From Promethearchaeota archaeon (GTDB lineage Archaea; Asgardarchaeota; Thorarchaeia; Thorarchaeales; Thorarchaeaceae): a stretch of 39,881 nt of DNA. The stretch is taken from assembly GCA_048939765.1 (NCBI GenBank), contig JBHLPF010000012.1, positions 1 to 39,881 on the forward strand. Direction: 5' to 3'. Within the stretch, counting starts at the first letter, position 1. Every line of letters starts with the position of its first letter. The notes beneath the pieces are model-generated. The model had not been told where the DNA came from. It was given only the letters and a program-made list of their open reading frames with translations, and searched no databases. Below, in pieces: positions 1-9,692 of the stretch. The translations under genes were made by a program, and so were the position numbers.

Positions 1-509
1 TCTCCGCGTCGAATAGTGTCACTTTCCAATTCAACTCGCAAAAGATGTATTCCTTCATTTGCGATTTCTTTCTGAATCATAGTCTGCTCCAATTCCACAG
101 ATTTACTAAGTGGTGCAGTGACCACAATGCGTCGCTTTGTCTTAGGGTCAAGTGCCCATTTAACCTCTATTTTGCCTTTGATTTCGTATCTAATCCAGCT
201 AAAGACGCCTTCAAAGCTAGAAACTGATTCTTTCGGGATTTCAAATGCAAACTCAAGCCGAGTTTCCCCTTCCATTACACTGGATTGATTCAGAAGCTCC
301 AGATGTTGGGAGAAATACTCGAATTTCTCAAGAAACACTCGACGATGTTTGCCACTACCAACGACTACTCTTGACTGCTCCGTGCAAGAGAAGACTAGAT
401 TCACTGACTCACAGTCGAAATCGTCATCACAAACCACAATTGCGTATCCTTCGACACGCTCGCCAGGAGAATATTCCTCCTTTGGCAAATGTATAGATAT
501 CTCCCTCAT
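1..509 (-). CDS. Arrestin N-terminal-like (alpha-arrestin/Vps26/SpoOM fold) protein, truncated at window edge
   Basis: Not in ORF track. Manual translation from ATG 509 (GTG 521 possible; in-frame TGA at 540-542) is open to the window edge: MREISIHLPKEEYSPGERVEGYAIVVCDDDFDCESVNLVFSCTEQSRVVVGSGKHRRVFLEKFEYFSQHLELLNQSSVMEGETRLEFAFEIPKESVSSFEGVFSWIRYEIKGKIEVKWALDPK... matching the Arrestin_N pattern YxPGExVxG...FxFxLP...SSFEGxxGxIRYxxKxxxxxxW. Confidence 0.8.
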   Translation of the reverse strand, partial: MREISIHLPKEEYSPGERVEGYAIVVCDDDFDCESVNLVFSCTEQSRVVVGSGKHRRVFLEKFEYFSQHLELLNQSSVMEGETRLEFAFEIPKESVSSFEGVFSWIRYEIKGKIEVKWALDPKTKRRIVVTAPLSKSVELEQTMIQKEIANEGIHLLRVELESDTIRRG

Positions 510-637
510 TGATCGTAACACTTTCCTATCGAACTGTCCTCATTACCTTGAGTGTACTCGGAAACGAATACAGAAAAACACTTGCTATAGAGTTAGGAGC
601 GGCCCTCTTGTTTTGCGGGCCATCTCGAATTAGGCAA

Positions 638-2158
638 CTAGAATCCAAACATTTGTGCATATTTGTGTTCCAAGTATTCGAGGAATGGTTTTGCATCAAT
701 TTCGCTTCCAGTAACGTACTTGACGAGGTCTGCGGGATCATACAATGCAGCTTTGCTCATGATATTCTCTGCAAGCCAATTACGAATGGGGTTGAACTCT
801 CCCTTTGAGATAAAGCTGCTCCACTCCGGCAAATCCTTGTTCATTAGCTGAATCCATTGACCATCGTACACGTTTCCAAGTGCATAGCTTGGGAAGTAGC
901 CATATGAGCCGCCTCCCCAGTGTGTGTCCTGGAGAACGCCTTCGGCATCATCTTTCACGTCCACTCCAAGATATTCTGAATATTTGTCGTTCCATACCAG
1001 AGGGAGCTCTGGAATCGATATCTTGTCAGCAAATAGAGCCTTCTCTATCTCAAATCGAATAATGATATGGAGCGAGTAGGTTACCTCGTCAGCTTCGATA
1101 CGGATCAAGGATGGCTTAACGAGGTTCACACCCCTGACGAAATCGATGAGGTCAATGTCAGAGAATGCATTATTCGTGAGGTCGTTGAGTCTGGGAAGAT
1201 AGTGCTCCCAGAACTGGGGAGTTCTCCCTATGATGTTCTCAACAAACCTTGACATCGATTCATGAATTCCATAACTCGCAGCAAAACCGACGGGCTGATA
1301 CATGTAGTCCCGATTTAGGTTCTGTTCGTATAGCGCATGTCCTCCCTCATGTAGCATCGCGAAGACAAGTGATGGAAGATTGTCTTCATAGTAATGGACT
1401 GTCACCCTCACATCATCGTAGTATCCGTTTGTGAAGGGGTGTTCCGTTTCATCTATGCGGCCTCCAGCTATTTCTGAAGTGGTATCGTACCCAATGAGGT
1501 TACCGAGATCAGTGGCAATCTTGCGCTGTATCTCGATGGGTATTCTTCTTGAAAGAAAACTCGTATCCACATTTTCAGAAGCATCCGCACATTTCTGAAC
1601 CAAAGGAACCAAACGATCTTTCAGTTGTGAAAACACCTTGTCAATCGTATCAGCTGTCATATTCCTTTCATACTGATCGAGCATGGAATCATAGATTGTG
1701 GAGCAGCCCTTGACCTTCATCGCAATCTCTTCTTTCTCACGAGAGATGTCGACGAGCTTCTGAAGTTCTGGCTCAAACATCTTCCAGTTCTTTGTGGCCT
1801 TGGCTTTCTTCCACACATCCGTGGCTATAGCCTGTTGCTTGGTGAGTCGACCTATCAACTCGGAGGGAATCTTTGTACCTATGTCATATTCTCTTCTTAC
1901 GAGGAACAGATTGCGTGACTGCACCTCGTTCAAGTCTTTTTCCTTCTCGGCTGCTTCCAGGAGCTTCCCTACTTCTGGAGAGGTTGATTTCTCGTGTCCA
2001 ATTTCGCTGAGCACTGATATCTGTTCACTTCTCAATTGAATACCTGCAGGAGGCATATAGGTTTCAAGATCCCAATAGATTACTCCCAGCGCGGTACCAA
2101 TGACAGCGATCTCTTTGGTTCTCTCCATCAATTCATCATATGCATTCATATCGAGCAC
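638..2158 (-). CDS. Carboxypeptidase Taq, peptidase family M32
   Basis: HEGGH zinc motif, HPF, HES, IRIEADEVTY and GYFPSYALG motifs of M32; about 500 aa. Confidence 0.95.
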   Translation of the reverse strand: MLDMNAYDELMERTKEIAVIGTALGVIYWDLETYMPPAGIQLRSEQISVLSEIGHEKSTSPEVGKLLEAAEKEKDLNEVQSRNLFLVRREYDIGTKIPSELIGRLTKQQAIATDVWKKAKATKNWKMFEPELQKLVDISREKEEIAMKVKGCSTIYDSMLDQYERNMTADTIDKVFSQLKDRLVPLVQKCADASENVDTSFLSRRIPIEIQRKIATDLGNLIGYDTTSEIAGGRIDETEHPFTNGYYDDVRVTVHYYEDNLPSLVFAMLHEGGHALYEQNLNRDYMYQPVGFAASYGIHESMSRFVENIIGRTPQFWEHYLPRLNDLTNNAFSDIDLIDFVRGVNLVKPSLIRIEADEVTYSLHIIIRFEIEKALFADKISIPELPLVWNDKYSEYLGVDVKDDAEGVLQDTHWGGGSYGYFPSYALGNVYDGQWIQLMNKDLPEWSSFISKGEFNPIRNWLAENIMSKAALYDPADLVKYVTGSEIDAKPFLEYLEHKYAQMFGF

Positions 2159-2207
2159 CAGAATGTGTCAATAGTCCTCTGACTGATTCAGCGGGTCTTT
2201 GGCCTAG

Positions 2208-3134
2208 TTATCTTTCTTCCGAAATAGTGCTTGCACCGTCATTTCTTCCGGGGTAGTTGATGATGAGAATTCCACCAATTACAAGAGCCAATCCCAGAAC
2301 GAATGTCCAGTAGATGGTTTCGCCAAGAATCAAAAATGATAGTGATGTGCCGAAGACCGGCACCAAGTTGATGAATCCGCCCGTTCTTGTTGCCCCTATT
2401 TGCTTTATTGACTCGAAATAGAAAAGGAATCCAAGAAAGGTGACAAAGACCCCCAGAAAGAGCACATTCATCCAAAACATTGGATCAGCCATAGCAGGGA
2501 GAGTCCAGAACTGCTCCGTTGTTGCGCTTAGACCGAACATCGTACAACCCACGAAAACTCCCGCGGCTGTCACCTCAAGAGGGGACATTGTTTTCATTGC
2601 CTCTTTTCCGATTGAAGAATACAATCCCCAAGTCATCATCGCAACCAATATGATGAGATTTCCAATCAGATAGTCCAATCTGAAGTCCAATAGTGCTTGT
2701 ACTCCTACTACAAAGATGATGCCCGCAAACGCCAATGCGAATCCTGCGTATTGCCATTTCTTGCTTAGGCGTTCCTTGTGAATCAGATGTGCGAACAAAC
2801 TCACCGTAGCTGGATTGAATCCCGCGATTATTGCTCCTTGTGCTGCGGTAGTGAATTGCATGCCGGTAAGAAAAAGGACACCATATCCAAAGATGCCCGT
2901 CAATCCCACTAGAAACAGGATTTTAGCCCGTCGTTTCGTGAAGATTCTAATTGGCGACTGCCCTTGGATGAGCAATATTATGATGAATAGAATACTTGCG
3001 ACTAGGAACCGAAAGAAGCCAATCGTAAGCGGTGGTGCGATTGCTACCAATACTTTGGCAGAGACCCAAGAGCCTCCCCAGAAGAACATACCCAGGATCA
3101 GGGCAATGTAATACTTGAGAGGTCGTTTATCCAA
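2208..3134 (-). CDS. DMT/EamA family transporter
   Basis: FWGGSWV, two EamA repeats, about 10 hydrophobic segments, LGE near C-terminus; start moved to TTG 3134 with GGAGATG upstream. Confidence 0.9.
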   Translation of the reverse strand: MDKRPLKYYIALILGMFFWGGSWVSAKVLVAIAPPLTIGFFRFLVASILFIIILLIQGQSPIRIFTKRRAKILFLVGLTGIFGYGVLFLTGMQFTTAAQGAIIAGFNPATVSLFAHLIHKERLSKKWQYAGFALAFAGIIFVVGVQALLDFRLDYLIGNLIILVAMMTWGLYSSIGKEAMKTMSPLEVTAAGVFVGCTMFGLSATTEQFWTLPAMADPMFWMNVLFLGVFVTFLGFLFYFESIKQIGATRTGGFINLVPVFGTSLSFLILGETIYWTFVLGLALVIGGILIINYPGRNDGASTISEER

Positions 3135-3285
3135 GGTTGGCCATCTCCTAATAGCTGAAATTCGACGAGTTGTCCTAGATTTAAAGCAACCTGAGCACGC
3201 TGAGTCTATCGTCAAACCGAAGAGTTCATATTCTATTGTGTAAGACTCGCTTGTGCGTCACTTTGCACAATCGCAGGGACTTGAA

Positions 3286-3708
3286 ATGCTGAACGACGAT
3301 GAGCTTGAGGCAATTCGACGGCGAAAGATGGAGCTCTTGATGGAGAGGGCATCAAAGCCCAAAGTGGAAGAGCCCCTATCACAAGGTCAGGTTCAGGTGC
3401 TTACGGATACAACGTTCTGGAATACTGTTTCACAGACTAAGACTGCCCTGATTGATTTCTTCGGTGAATGGTGTGCCCCGTGCAGGCAACTTGTGCCAAT
3501 ATTCAATCTACTTGCTCAGGACTACAAAGGAAAGGTCTACTTCGGCAAGATCGACATCGACAAGAATCCAAGAACAACTGTTCAGTTTGGTGTGCAGTCT
3601 GTCCCAATGGTCATAGGTTTCAAACATGGCAAACCAATCGGGAAGCTCCCTGGATTAAGGACGTTCGATGACTATGATACGGTTGTTGAGAAACTTCTTG
3701 CAGCATAG
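3286..3708 (+). CDS. trxA: Thioredoxin with N-terminal charged helix
   Basis: DFFGEWCAPC active site, SVP cis-Pro loop, N-terminal DDELEAIRRRKMELL extension as seen in archaeal thioredoxins; ATG 3286 preferred. Confidence 0.9.
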   Translation: MLNDDELEAIRRRKMELLMERASKPKVEEPLSQGQVQVLTDTTFWNTVSQTKTALIDFFGEWCAPCRQLVPIFNLLAQDYKGKVYFGKIDIDKNPRTTVQFGVQSVPMVIGFKHGKPIGKLPGLRTFDDYDTVVEKLLAA

Positions 3709-3719
3709 GGAAGCACTGG

Positions 3720-4577
3720 CTATTCTGTAAAGGAACTGATGTTGTCTTGACTTTCTAAAACGACCGCAGTAGGCATTGCTTTAGCATTTGTTGCTCTTGA
3801 CCAGTTTCCATTCCTGTCAGCCATTACGAGTCCAGCTTCACTTCCGGTTTTGATTTCAAAGAGATTCATCGCCTTATCGGCGGCTGATTGGATGTCCAAC
3901 CCTTGCTCAACATAGAGGACAGCCATCCTTGTGAGAGTTACCCTCATAATGTGCTCTCCCCATCCCGTGGCCGTAGCTCCGCAGATCTCGTTCGCATAGG
4001 CTCCTGCTCCCATTACAGGAGAATCACCAACTCTTCCTGGAAGCTTGTTGGAGATTCCGCCTGTAGATGAAGTCGCCGCAATGTTGCCATTGGAATCGAC
4101 AGCAACACATCCAACCGTATCTGCTCCCTCTATCTCGAAAATAGGTGAAATCACACCAGGTTCCCTTTCCTCACGATATCCCTCGGAGATCATCTGTTTG
4201 TAGATCCGATTGGCATTACTTCCCGCAAAGAATGCATAGTCAGTCTTCTCCATGATATATCGCGCCAGTGAAACTGGGTTTTGTATGTTTGTCACTGCTG
4301 CCACTGATCCAAACGCTAGATTGGGTCCATCGACTATCATGGCGTCTAGCTCCTTTACTCCGTCAAGATTTGCTCTCGCCCCTTGTCCTGCATTGAGCTG
4401 CCCACAGCTCTCCATGAATACTGTGCATGCCTCAGCTGCATCGATAGCAGTGCCCCCCTTCTCAAAAACTCTGAAGCCTACCGTTGCGGCCCTCTCGACA
4501 TATTCCATGCCTATTGGAATCCTTTCATCCTTCCAATCTCCAGCCCCACCGTGGACTATTATCATTGGCAGCCTCAT
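3720..4577 (-). CDS. iaaA: Isoaspartyl peptidase/L-asparaginase (Ntn hydrolase)
   Basis: IIVHGGAG N-terminus, DTVGCVAVD nucleophile Thr, TSSTGG and GRVGDSP motifs; start moved to ATG 4577. Confidence 0.92.
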   Translation of the reverse strand: MRLPMIIVHGGAGDWKDERIPIGMEYVERAATVGFRVFEKGGTAIDAAEACTVFMESCGQLNAGQGARANLDGVKELDAMIVDGPNLAFGSVAAVTNIQNPVSLARYIMEKTDYAFFAGSNANRIYKQMISEGYREEREPGVISPIFEIEGADTVGCVAVDSNGNIAATSSTGGISNKLPGRVGDSPVMGAGAYANEICGATATGWGEHIMRVTLTRMAVLYVEQGLDIQSAADKAMNLFEIKTGSEAGLVMADRNGNWSRATNAKAMPTAVVLESQDNISSFTE

Positions 4578-4721
4578 TGTACTCAAGCAGATGTTCCCGC
4601 TTAACCTATTACTAAGGGTTTTCATAGCCAATGCGCCAATACAAGATGAGTCCAATGACACATGACCTAACAATGAGAATTATCTTCCTTCTTTCTCTCA
4701 TTGCTTTTGGAGGCATTCGCA

Positions 4722-4928
4722 TTGACCAAGGATTATGAAGCTATTAAAGCCGAGGTGGAGGAGCGTCTGAAGTTCTGGTCCGAGTTTCTCAATACTGAAG
4801 AGGGGCGTCTGATTGTTGGTGATCTTGGTGAAGATGAGATGAAGCATTTTCACGCAGATGGCTGCATCTATGAGCTTAGAAGGGGAGGTCAAGAACGAAT
4901 ACTAGTCAAACTCGTTGGAAGAGAGTAA
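4722..4928 (+). CDS. Small hypothetical protein (68 aa)
   Basis: GGAGG at 4709-4713 followed by in-frame TTG 4722; fills an otherwise empty gap; soluble, charged composition. Confidence 0.6.
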   Translation: MTKDYEAIKAEVEERLKFWSEFLNTEEGRLIVGDLGEDEMKHFHADGCIYELRRGGQERILVKLVGRE

Positions 4929-4938
4929 CTGCTGAGTA

Positions 4939-7239
4939 TCACTCAATGATGGCTGGCAATGTGACAGTGAAGATGGTACCCTTGGTGTAGTCATCCTCAA
5001 CCCGATCTCCCACTGTTATTATGCCGCCAAAGGTTTCGGTCAGAGCATAAACCACTGAGAGCCCCAAGCCGGTCCCCTCTGCGCCTTCCATGAATCTTTG
5101 AAACAAAGTAGCTTTCCTCTCAGGTTCAATCCCTCTTCCGAAATCAATGACTTTGGTTGCCCAGAATGAATTTCCCCCGGTCTTCTCAAGGTCAATCTCC
5201 ACTATGATTCTCCTATGGTCTCGGGAATAGGCAATCGCATTCCTAAACAGATTGTAGAATAGATCGCTGAGAAGTCCATTTGCGGGTACGTAGCACTCAC
5301 TTATGTCTCTATTGACATGGAATTCGAACGTCTGATCGGGCAATTCCATGAGAACTTGCTCAATTGCATGGTCTATTGATCCAACTAGGTCAATGGTCTG
5401 AAGAGGTGGAGGCTCCTCCAAATCGGTCATACCTAGGCCTCTTACATTTCTGACAAGGTGATCGGCACGCCTAAGACATCCTCGGGCGTCTTGAAGAGCC
5501 ATTTCATACATATCTTGAGGTAACCCTTCCATGTCCAATAGGCCCAGTGCAACTGTCATGGCTTGGTGCAGATTCGAAATATCATGTGCTAGGATGTCAG
5601 AATACAGAGTTGCTCTCCGACGGGAGTCATCTGAATGAAACATCTCTTGGAGATATAACACTCCTATGACTGCGGGTCCAAGGAGCAGACCGATGAGTAA
5701 GAAAACCTCTGCAGCCCACCATCCTAGAACCCAATCGTCAAAATTACCCTTCAAGTAGTTTGGAATGATCCATAGTGCTAATACGCCAATAGAATATCCT
5801 TCCATCGATCTCCAATGCTTGTGCTTCTCTGCGCGTAGAAAGCCTAGATGAGTGAATGTGAACATTGCAGCAAAATTGATGCCAAGAAGTATTACGCGAC
5901 CAAGCGGAGTACCAGTTAAGCCTGGAGTCTGTGCGAGAATCCATCCTTCGAGAAATTGCCCTCCTACTACCATAGCAATGATAATACCCAATCGAGGAAT
6001 AATCCAGAACTCAGGTCTACCTAATTCATCTTCCTCGGGAGAGCGTGTCCAAATAATCCCTCTGATGAGATAGATTACAGAAGCAATGCTACCCACAATG
6101 TAAGGTACAAGTGATTCTCCCACAGTAATGAGGATTTCAGAATTTGAAAACAAAACAATGTGTGCTTCAATATAGGTCCAGCTCAAGAACAGCAGTATTA
6201 GTGGGTAGTGCACCCTTTGAGGCTTTTGTCTATGATATGCGTAAACTAGGAATCCCATCACACCTGACAGAACGGCAGCTCCAAGATGAGTGATATAGTA
6301 GGCTCCGAGCTCAACGGCGTAAAAGCCGGGTGCCCAAGAAGTCGCCATAATGCTGACCATAAATGGTGCAAATGGCAACATGCTGTAGAATATTGGCACA
6401 ACGAATGCAGAAAGCAGACTCATCCCCCATTTCAATTGCCCAGGCGCAGCGATTGCTATAATGAACGTCAAGAATCCCCACGATTCCAAAACCATGGCAA
6501 ACGCCCAATGAGCGCTTGGCAAGGCAAGTGAGGATAGCAATGGAATCGCCGAAATTGCGAATAGCATAAAGCTGATGATGAGTATAGAGGTCTGACGATC
6601 TCCTACTACAAATGGAGAACGAGATCTCAGAACGGCAGCTAATACAAGTGAACCAAATGCGAAGATATCGAGTATTGTTCCCCATGCTTGAAGAGATGGA
6701 TTATCTAGAGTTGGGAGTATCCAATATACTATGAATCCATCAAACAATAGCAGAATAAGAATCAAGAGCGGAGCTGCTTTCCAGGACATTTCTGTATTCT
6801 GGTTTCTTCTATGTAACAATGCCGCAATGAGTAGCATTATTCCAAGAAGTAACAATTCGAAGATGTCACTAGCTGTCTTTCTAATACCGTCGATTAGAAA
6901 TGATTCGCCCAGAGCATACGCGGTTTCCATGGATGCTGAGAGATGGATGATTGCTCTTGTCATTAGCACTGAGAATATTACAAACTCGTATACTGGCGGT
7001 CTTCCTCCTGCCTCACTGAAGACCCACGCTGCAGCCATGATGGCTAAGAACGCAAGCAACGAGTGAAATGCCACTCCGGTGTAGATTGAATCCCAGGATG
7101 GAATAACTGACAGATAAAGGACACTAGCGATTAGAGAAGCAGCTATTACTCCGATTGGAACATCCTTTCGTAGCTCACGCGGCATAGCTGAATCTGACTG
7201 CACACGAGGTCCCTTCTCATTTAGTATCAGGCCTTTCAT
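4939..7239 (-). CDS. Multi-pass membrane sensor histidine kinase (about 16 TM + HisKA + HATPase_c)
   Basis: H-box LAHDISN, N-box NLFRNAI, G1 DFGRGI, G2 GTGLGL; long hydrophobic N-terminus. Start uncertain (7239, 7203 or 7185); track start 7353 overlaps the neighbouring gene's promoter. Confidence 0.9.
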   Translation of the reverse strand: MKGLILNEKGPRVQSDSAMPRELRKDVPIGVIAASLIASVLYLSVIPSWDSIYTGVAFHSLLAFLAIMAAAWVFSEAGGRPPVYEFVIFSVLMTRAIIHLSASMETAYALGESFLIDGIRKTASDIFELLLLGIMLLIAALLHRRNQNTEMSWKAAPLLILILLLFDGFIVYWILPTLDNPSLQAWGTILDIFAFGSLVLAAVLRSRSPFVVGDRQTSILIISFMLFAISAIPLLSSLALPSAHWAFAMVLESWGFLTFIIAIAAPGQLKWGMSLLSAFVVPIFYSMLPFAPFMVSIMATSWAPGFYAVELGAYYITHLGAAVLSGVMGFLVYAYHRQKPQRVHYPLILLFLSWTYIEAHIVLFSNSEILITVGESLVPYIVGSIASVIYLIRGIIWTRSPEEDELGRPEFWIIPRLGIIIAMVVGGQFLEGWILAQTPGLTGTPLGRVILLGINFAAMFTFTHLGFLRAEKHKHWRSMEGYSIGVLALWIIPNYLKGNFDDWVLGWWAAEVFLLIGLLLGPAVIGVLYLQEMFHSDDSRRRATLYSDILAHDISNLHQAMTVALGLLDMEGLPQDMYEMALQDARGCLRRADHLVRNVRGLGMTDLEEPPPLQTIDLVGSIDHAIEQVLMELPDQTFEFHVNRDISECYVPANGLLSDLFYNLFRNAIAYSRDHRRIIVEIDLEKTGGNSFWATKVIDFGRGIEPERKATLFQRFMEGAEGTGLGLSVVYALTETFGGIITVGDRVEDDYTKGTIFTVTLPAIIE

Positions 7240-7352
7240 CAAGGCACTGGCGACGGACTTCAAGAAGCTGCATTTTGGCAAATTTAAGACTATTCTGATT
7301 GCAGTCTCTTTATATCTCACAAACCATCTTTTCAATTCTGGAGACTCTATCA

Positions 7353-9692
7353 ATGAACAGCCGGATGCAAGCGCTGCGGGACAAAATGGTGGGCACAGTT
7401 CCCAGCATCTCGATAATTAGGACCAAGCTATTTACTGAGTCTATGTGGCAAACTGAAGGTGAACCTGCAATAATGCGGCAGGCAAAAGCACTTGCCAATG
7501 TATTGCGAAACATGCCGATTGAGATTCTTCCTCACGAGCTTGTAGTTGGCAAAATAGTAGAGGATGTTCCAGGAGCAACGATATATCCTGAAGCCCATGG
7601 AACGAGAGTCTTTCCAGAGCTAGAGGATTTGCGGACACGCGGACCGAAAGCCTACTCGATTTCTGATGAATCCATCAATATGCTGATGGAGGAAATTGGA
7701 CCCTATTGGGCCGAGAGGTCTCTCCTCGCACACGTGGAGAAGTCTACTCCTTCCCATGTCATAGACACCCTTTACTCCGGTGCAGCATTTGTGCTTACTG
7801 AGTTGGCTGGCTACGGCCATGTAAGCATTAACTACCCGCTGCTCTTTTCGAAGGGATTCGACGAGATAGCAAATGAATCTCGGGAGCGGCTGAAACAGGA
7901 ATCAGACGACAAGAGAGACTTCTACAATGCTACTTCTATTGTAGCTGATGCTATCGTGGAATACGCGAACAGATACGCATTACTTGCCCAACAGCTTTCT
8001 GAAGAAGAAGACAACTCTGAGAGAAGATCAGAGCTTGAGAGCATCGCTGAAGCATGTAAGTGGGTTCCTGCAAAGCCTCCGCGTACTTTTCATGAAGCTA
8101 TTCAGTTCATTAGGTTCACCCACTTGGCACTCAGCTTGGAAACCTATGATGGACAAGCCATCTCTCTTGGAAGGATAGATCAATATCTCTATCCCTTCTA
8201 TAGAAAGGATTTGGATTCTGGAGTGCTAGATGATGAACGTGCGCGAGAGCTGGTTGAGAGCCTGTGGATCAAGCTCAACGAGCAGGTGCCACTGTTCGAT
8301 GAATTAGTCGCCCTGTATTTTGAAGGTCTCCTTACTACGAAGGCCGCCACTATTGGTGGGAGGCAACTGAATGGCTCTGATGCAACCAATGAGCTGACCT
8401 ACATCCTCTTGGAAGCTACAAGGCGAGTTGCCCTGCCACTTCCGAATGTACACGTTCGAATTCACAGTGAGACTCCAGATGCCTTGCTATCTGCAGTTGT
8501 TTCAACAATTGAGTCGGGAGTCAACAACATTGCTCTGTTCAATGATGATGTCATCGTTAAGTCAATGGAAAGGAAAGGTGTTTCGAAGGAAGATGCTAGG
8601 AACTACGCAACAATTGGATGTGTAGAACTTGCTCCCTTTGGCAATAGCTTCACCTCATCAGATGCAGCTCTCTTCAACATCGCTCTGTGTCTTGAACTTG
8701 CGTTGAACAATGGTGAAGCTGTTCATCTTGGTCAGCATCTTGGAACTGAAACCGGCGATGCGACCGAGTATGTTTCAATGGATGAGGTCATTGAAGCCTT
8801 TAGGAAACAAGTTTCATTTCTTGTCGCACAGATGGCTGAGGGATCAGATTCCTTTGAAAGAGGGAATATAGACCACAAGCCGACTCCATTGCTCTCGTTG
8901 TGTGTAGATGGATGCTTCGAGAAAGGTGCAGACATCACAACCGGGTCTGCGAAATACAACTTTACTGGGGTTCAGGGTGTAGGCATGGCTACAGTTGCTG
9001 ATTCACTTGCAGCCATTGACCAGTTAGTATTCAGAGAGAAGCGGATTTCTATGGAAGAGCTTGTTGCTGGTCTTCGTAAGGGACTGGAGAAGAATGAGCC
9101 TCTCAGACAGCTACTCCAAAACCGAGGCCCAAAATATGGTAATGATGATGAGCTAGCAGATGGATATGCGCGACTTGTCTCTAGAATTTATAGTGAAGAA
9201 GTTGAGAAGCACTCCAATGTGAGGGGCGGATCGTTCATACCTGGAATGTACTCAGTATCGACGCATGTTCCATTCGGCTATATGACAGGCGCGCTTCCGA
9301 GTGGTAGAGTGGAGGGGACTCCCCTAAGCAATGGAGCGTCACCAAGTGTGGGCTCCACAAGAAAGGGTCTGACTGCTGCCATGACTTCAACTTCGAAAGT
9401 CGACTATACGTTGTATCCTAATGGTATCGCATTCACATTGTCTATCGATCCTGCGATGGCGTCGGGTGAAGGGGCAGAGATTCTTGCCTCTCTTATACGG
9501 TCGTACGTGAAATTGGGAGGGATGCAGATACAATTCAACATGACTGATGTGGATACACTTCTGAGTGCCCAGAAGAATCCAGATGCTCACCGTGACCTCT
9601 TAGTGAGAGTTGCGGGGTATAGTGCCTATTTCACTGACTTGGGCTCAGACCTGCAAGAAGAAATTATCGGAAGATTTCAGAGGTCTAGCTAA
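7353..9692 (+). CDS. pflD: Glycyl radical enzyme, PFL2/PflD-like, substrate unknown
   Basis: C-terminal RVAGYSAYF glycyl-radical loop; single-Cys GCVE loop; GCVELAPFGNSFTSSDAA resembles Archaeoglobus PFL2 as recalled; ATG 7353 with GGAGA upstream and CTTTATAT at 7307-7314. Confidence 0.88.
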   Translation: MNSRMQALRDKMVGTVPSISIIRTKLFTESMWQTEGEPAIMRQAKALANVLRNMPIEILPHELVVGKIVEDVPGATIYPEAHGTRVFPELEDLRTRGPKAYSISDESINMLMEEIGPYWAERSLLAHVEKSTPSHVIDTLYSGAAFVLTELAGYGHVSINYPLLFSKGFDEIANESRERLKQESDDKRDFYNATSIVADAIVEYANRYALLAQQLSEEEDNSERRSELESIAEACKWVPAKPPRTFHEAIQFIRFTHLALSLETYDGQAISLGRIDQYLYPFYRKDLDSGVLDDERARELVESLWIKLNEQVPLFDELVALYFEGLLTTKAATIGGRQLNGSDATNELTYILLEATRRVALPLPNVHVRIHSETPDALLSAVVSTIESGVNNIALFNDDVIVKSMERKGVSKEDARNYATIGCVELAPFGNSFTSSDAALFNIALCLELALNNGEAVHLGQHLGTETGDATEYVSMDEVIEAFRKQVSFLVAQMAEGSDSFERGNIDHKPTPLLSLCVDGCFEKGADITTGSAKYNFTGVQGVGMATVADSLAAIDQLVFREKRISMEELVAGLRKGLEKNEPLRQLLQNRGPKYGNDDELADGYARLVSRIYSEEVEKHSNVRGGSFIPGMYSVSTHVPFGYMTGALPSGRVEGTPLSNGASPSVGSTRKGLTAAMTSTSKVDYTLYPNGIAFTLSIDPAMASGEGAEILASLIRSYVKLGGMQIQFNMTDVDTLLSAQKNPDAHRDLLVRVAGYSAYFTDLGSDLQEEIIGRFQRSS

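Noticed and set aside
45-808. Several short plus-strand ORFs in the track
   Set aside because: Shadows of the minus-strand arrestin-like and M32 genes; no motifs
7299-7353. Apparent head-to-head overlap of kinase and GRE ORFs
   Set aside because: Artefact of longest-ORF starts; better starts leave a normal divergent promoter gap. Same applies to 18294-18400, 10726-10858 and 38767-38827
7353-9692. Calling the GRE pyruvate formate-lyase or alkylsuccinate synthase
   Set aside because: Single Cys (GCVE) argues against PFL; no small subunits or activase nearby to support fumarate addition
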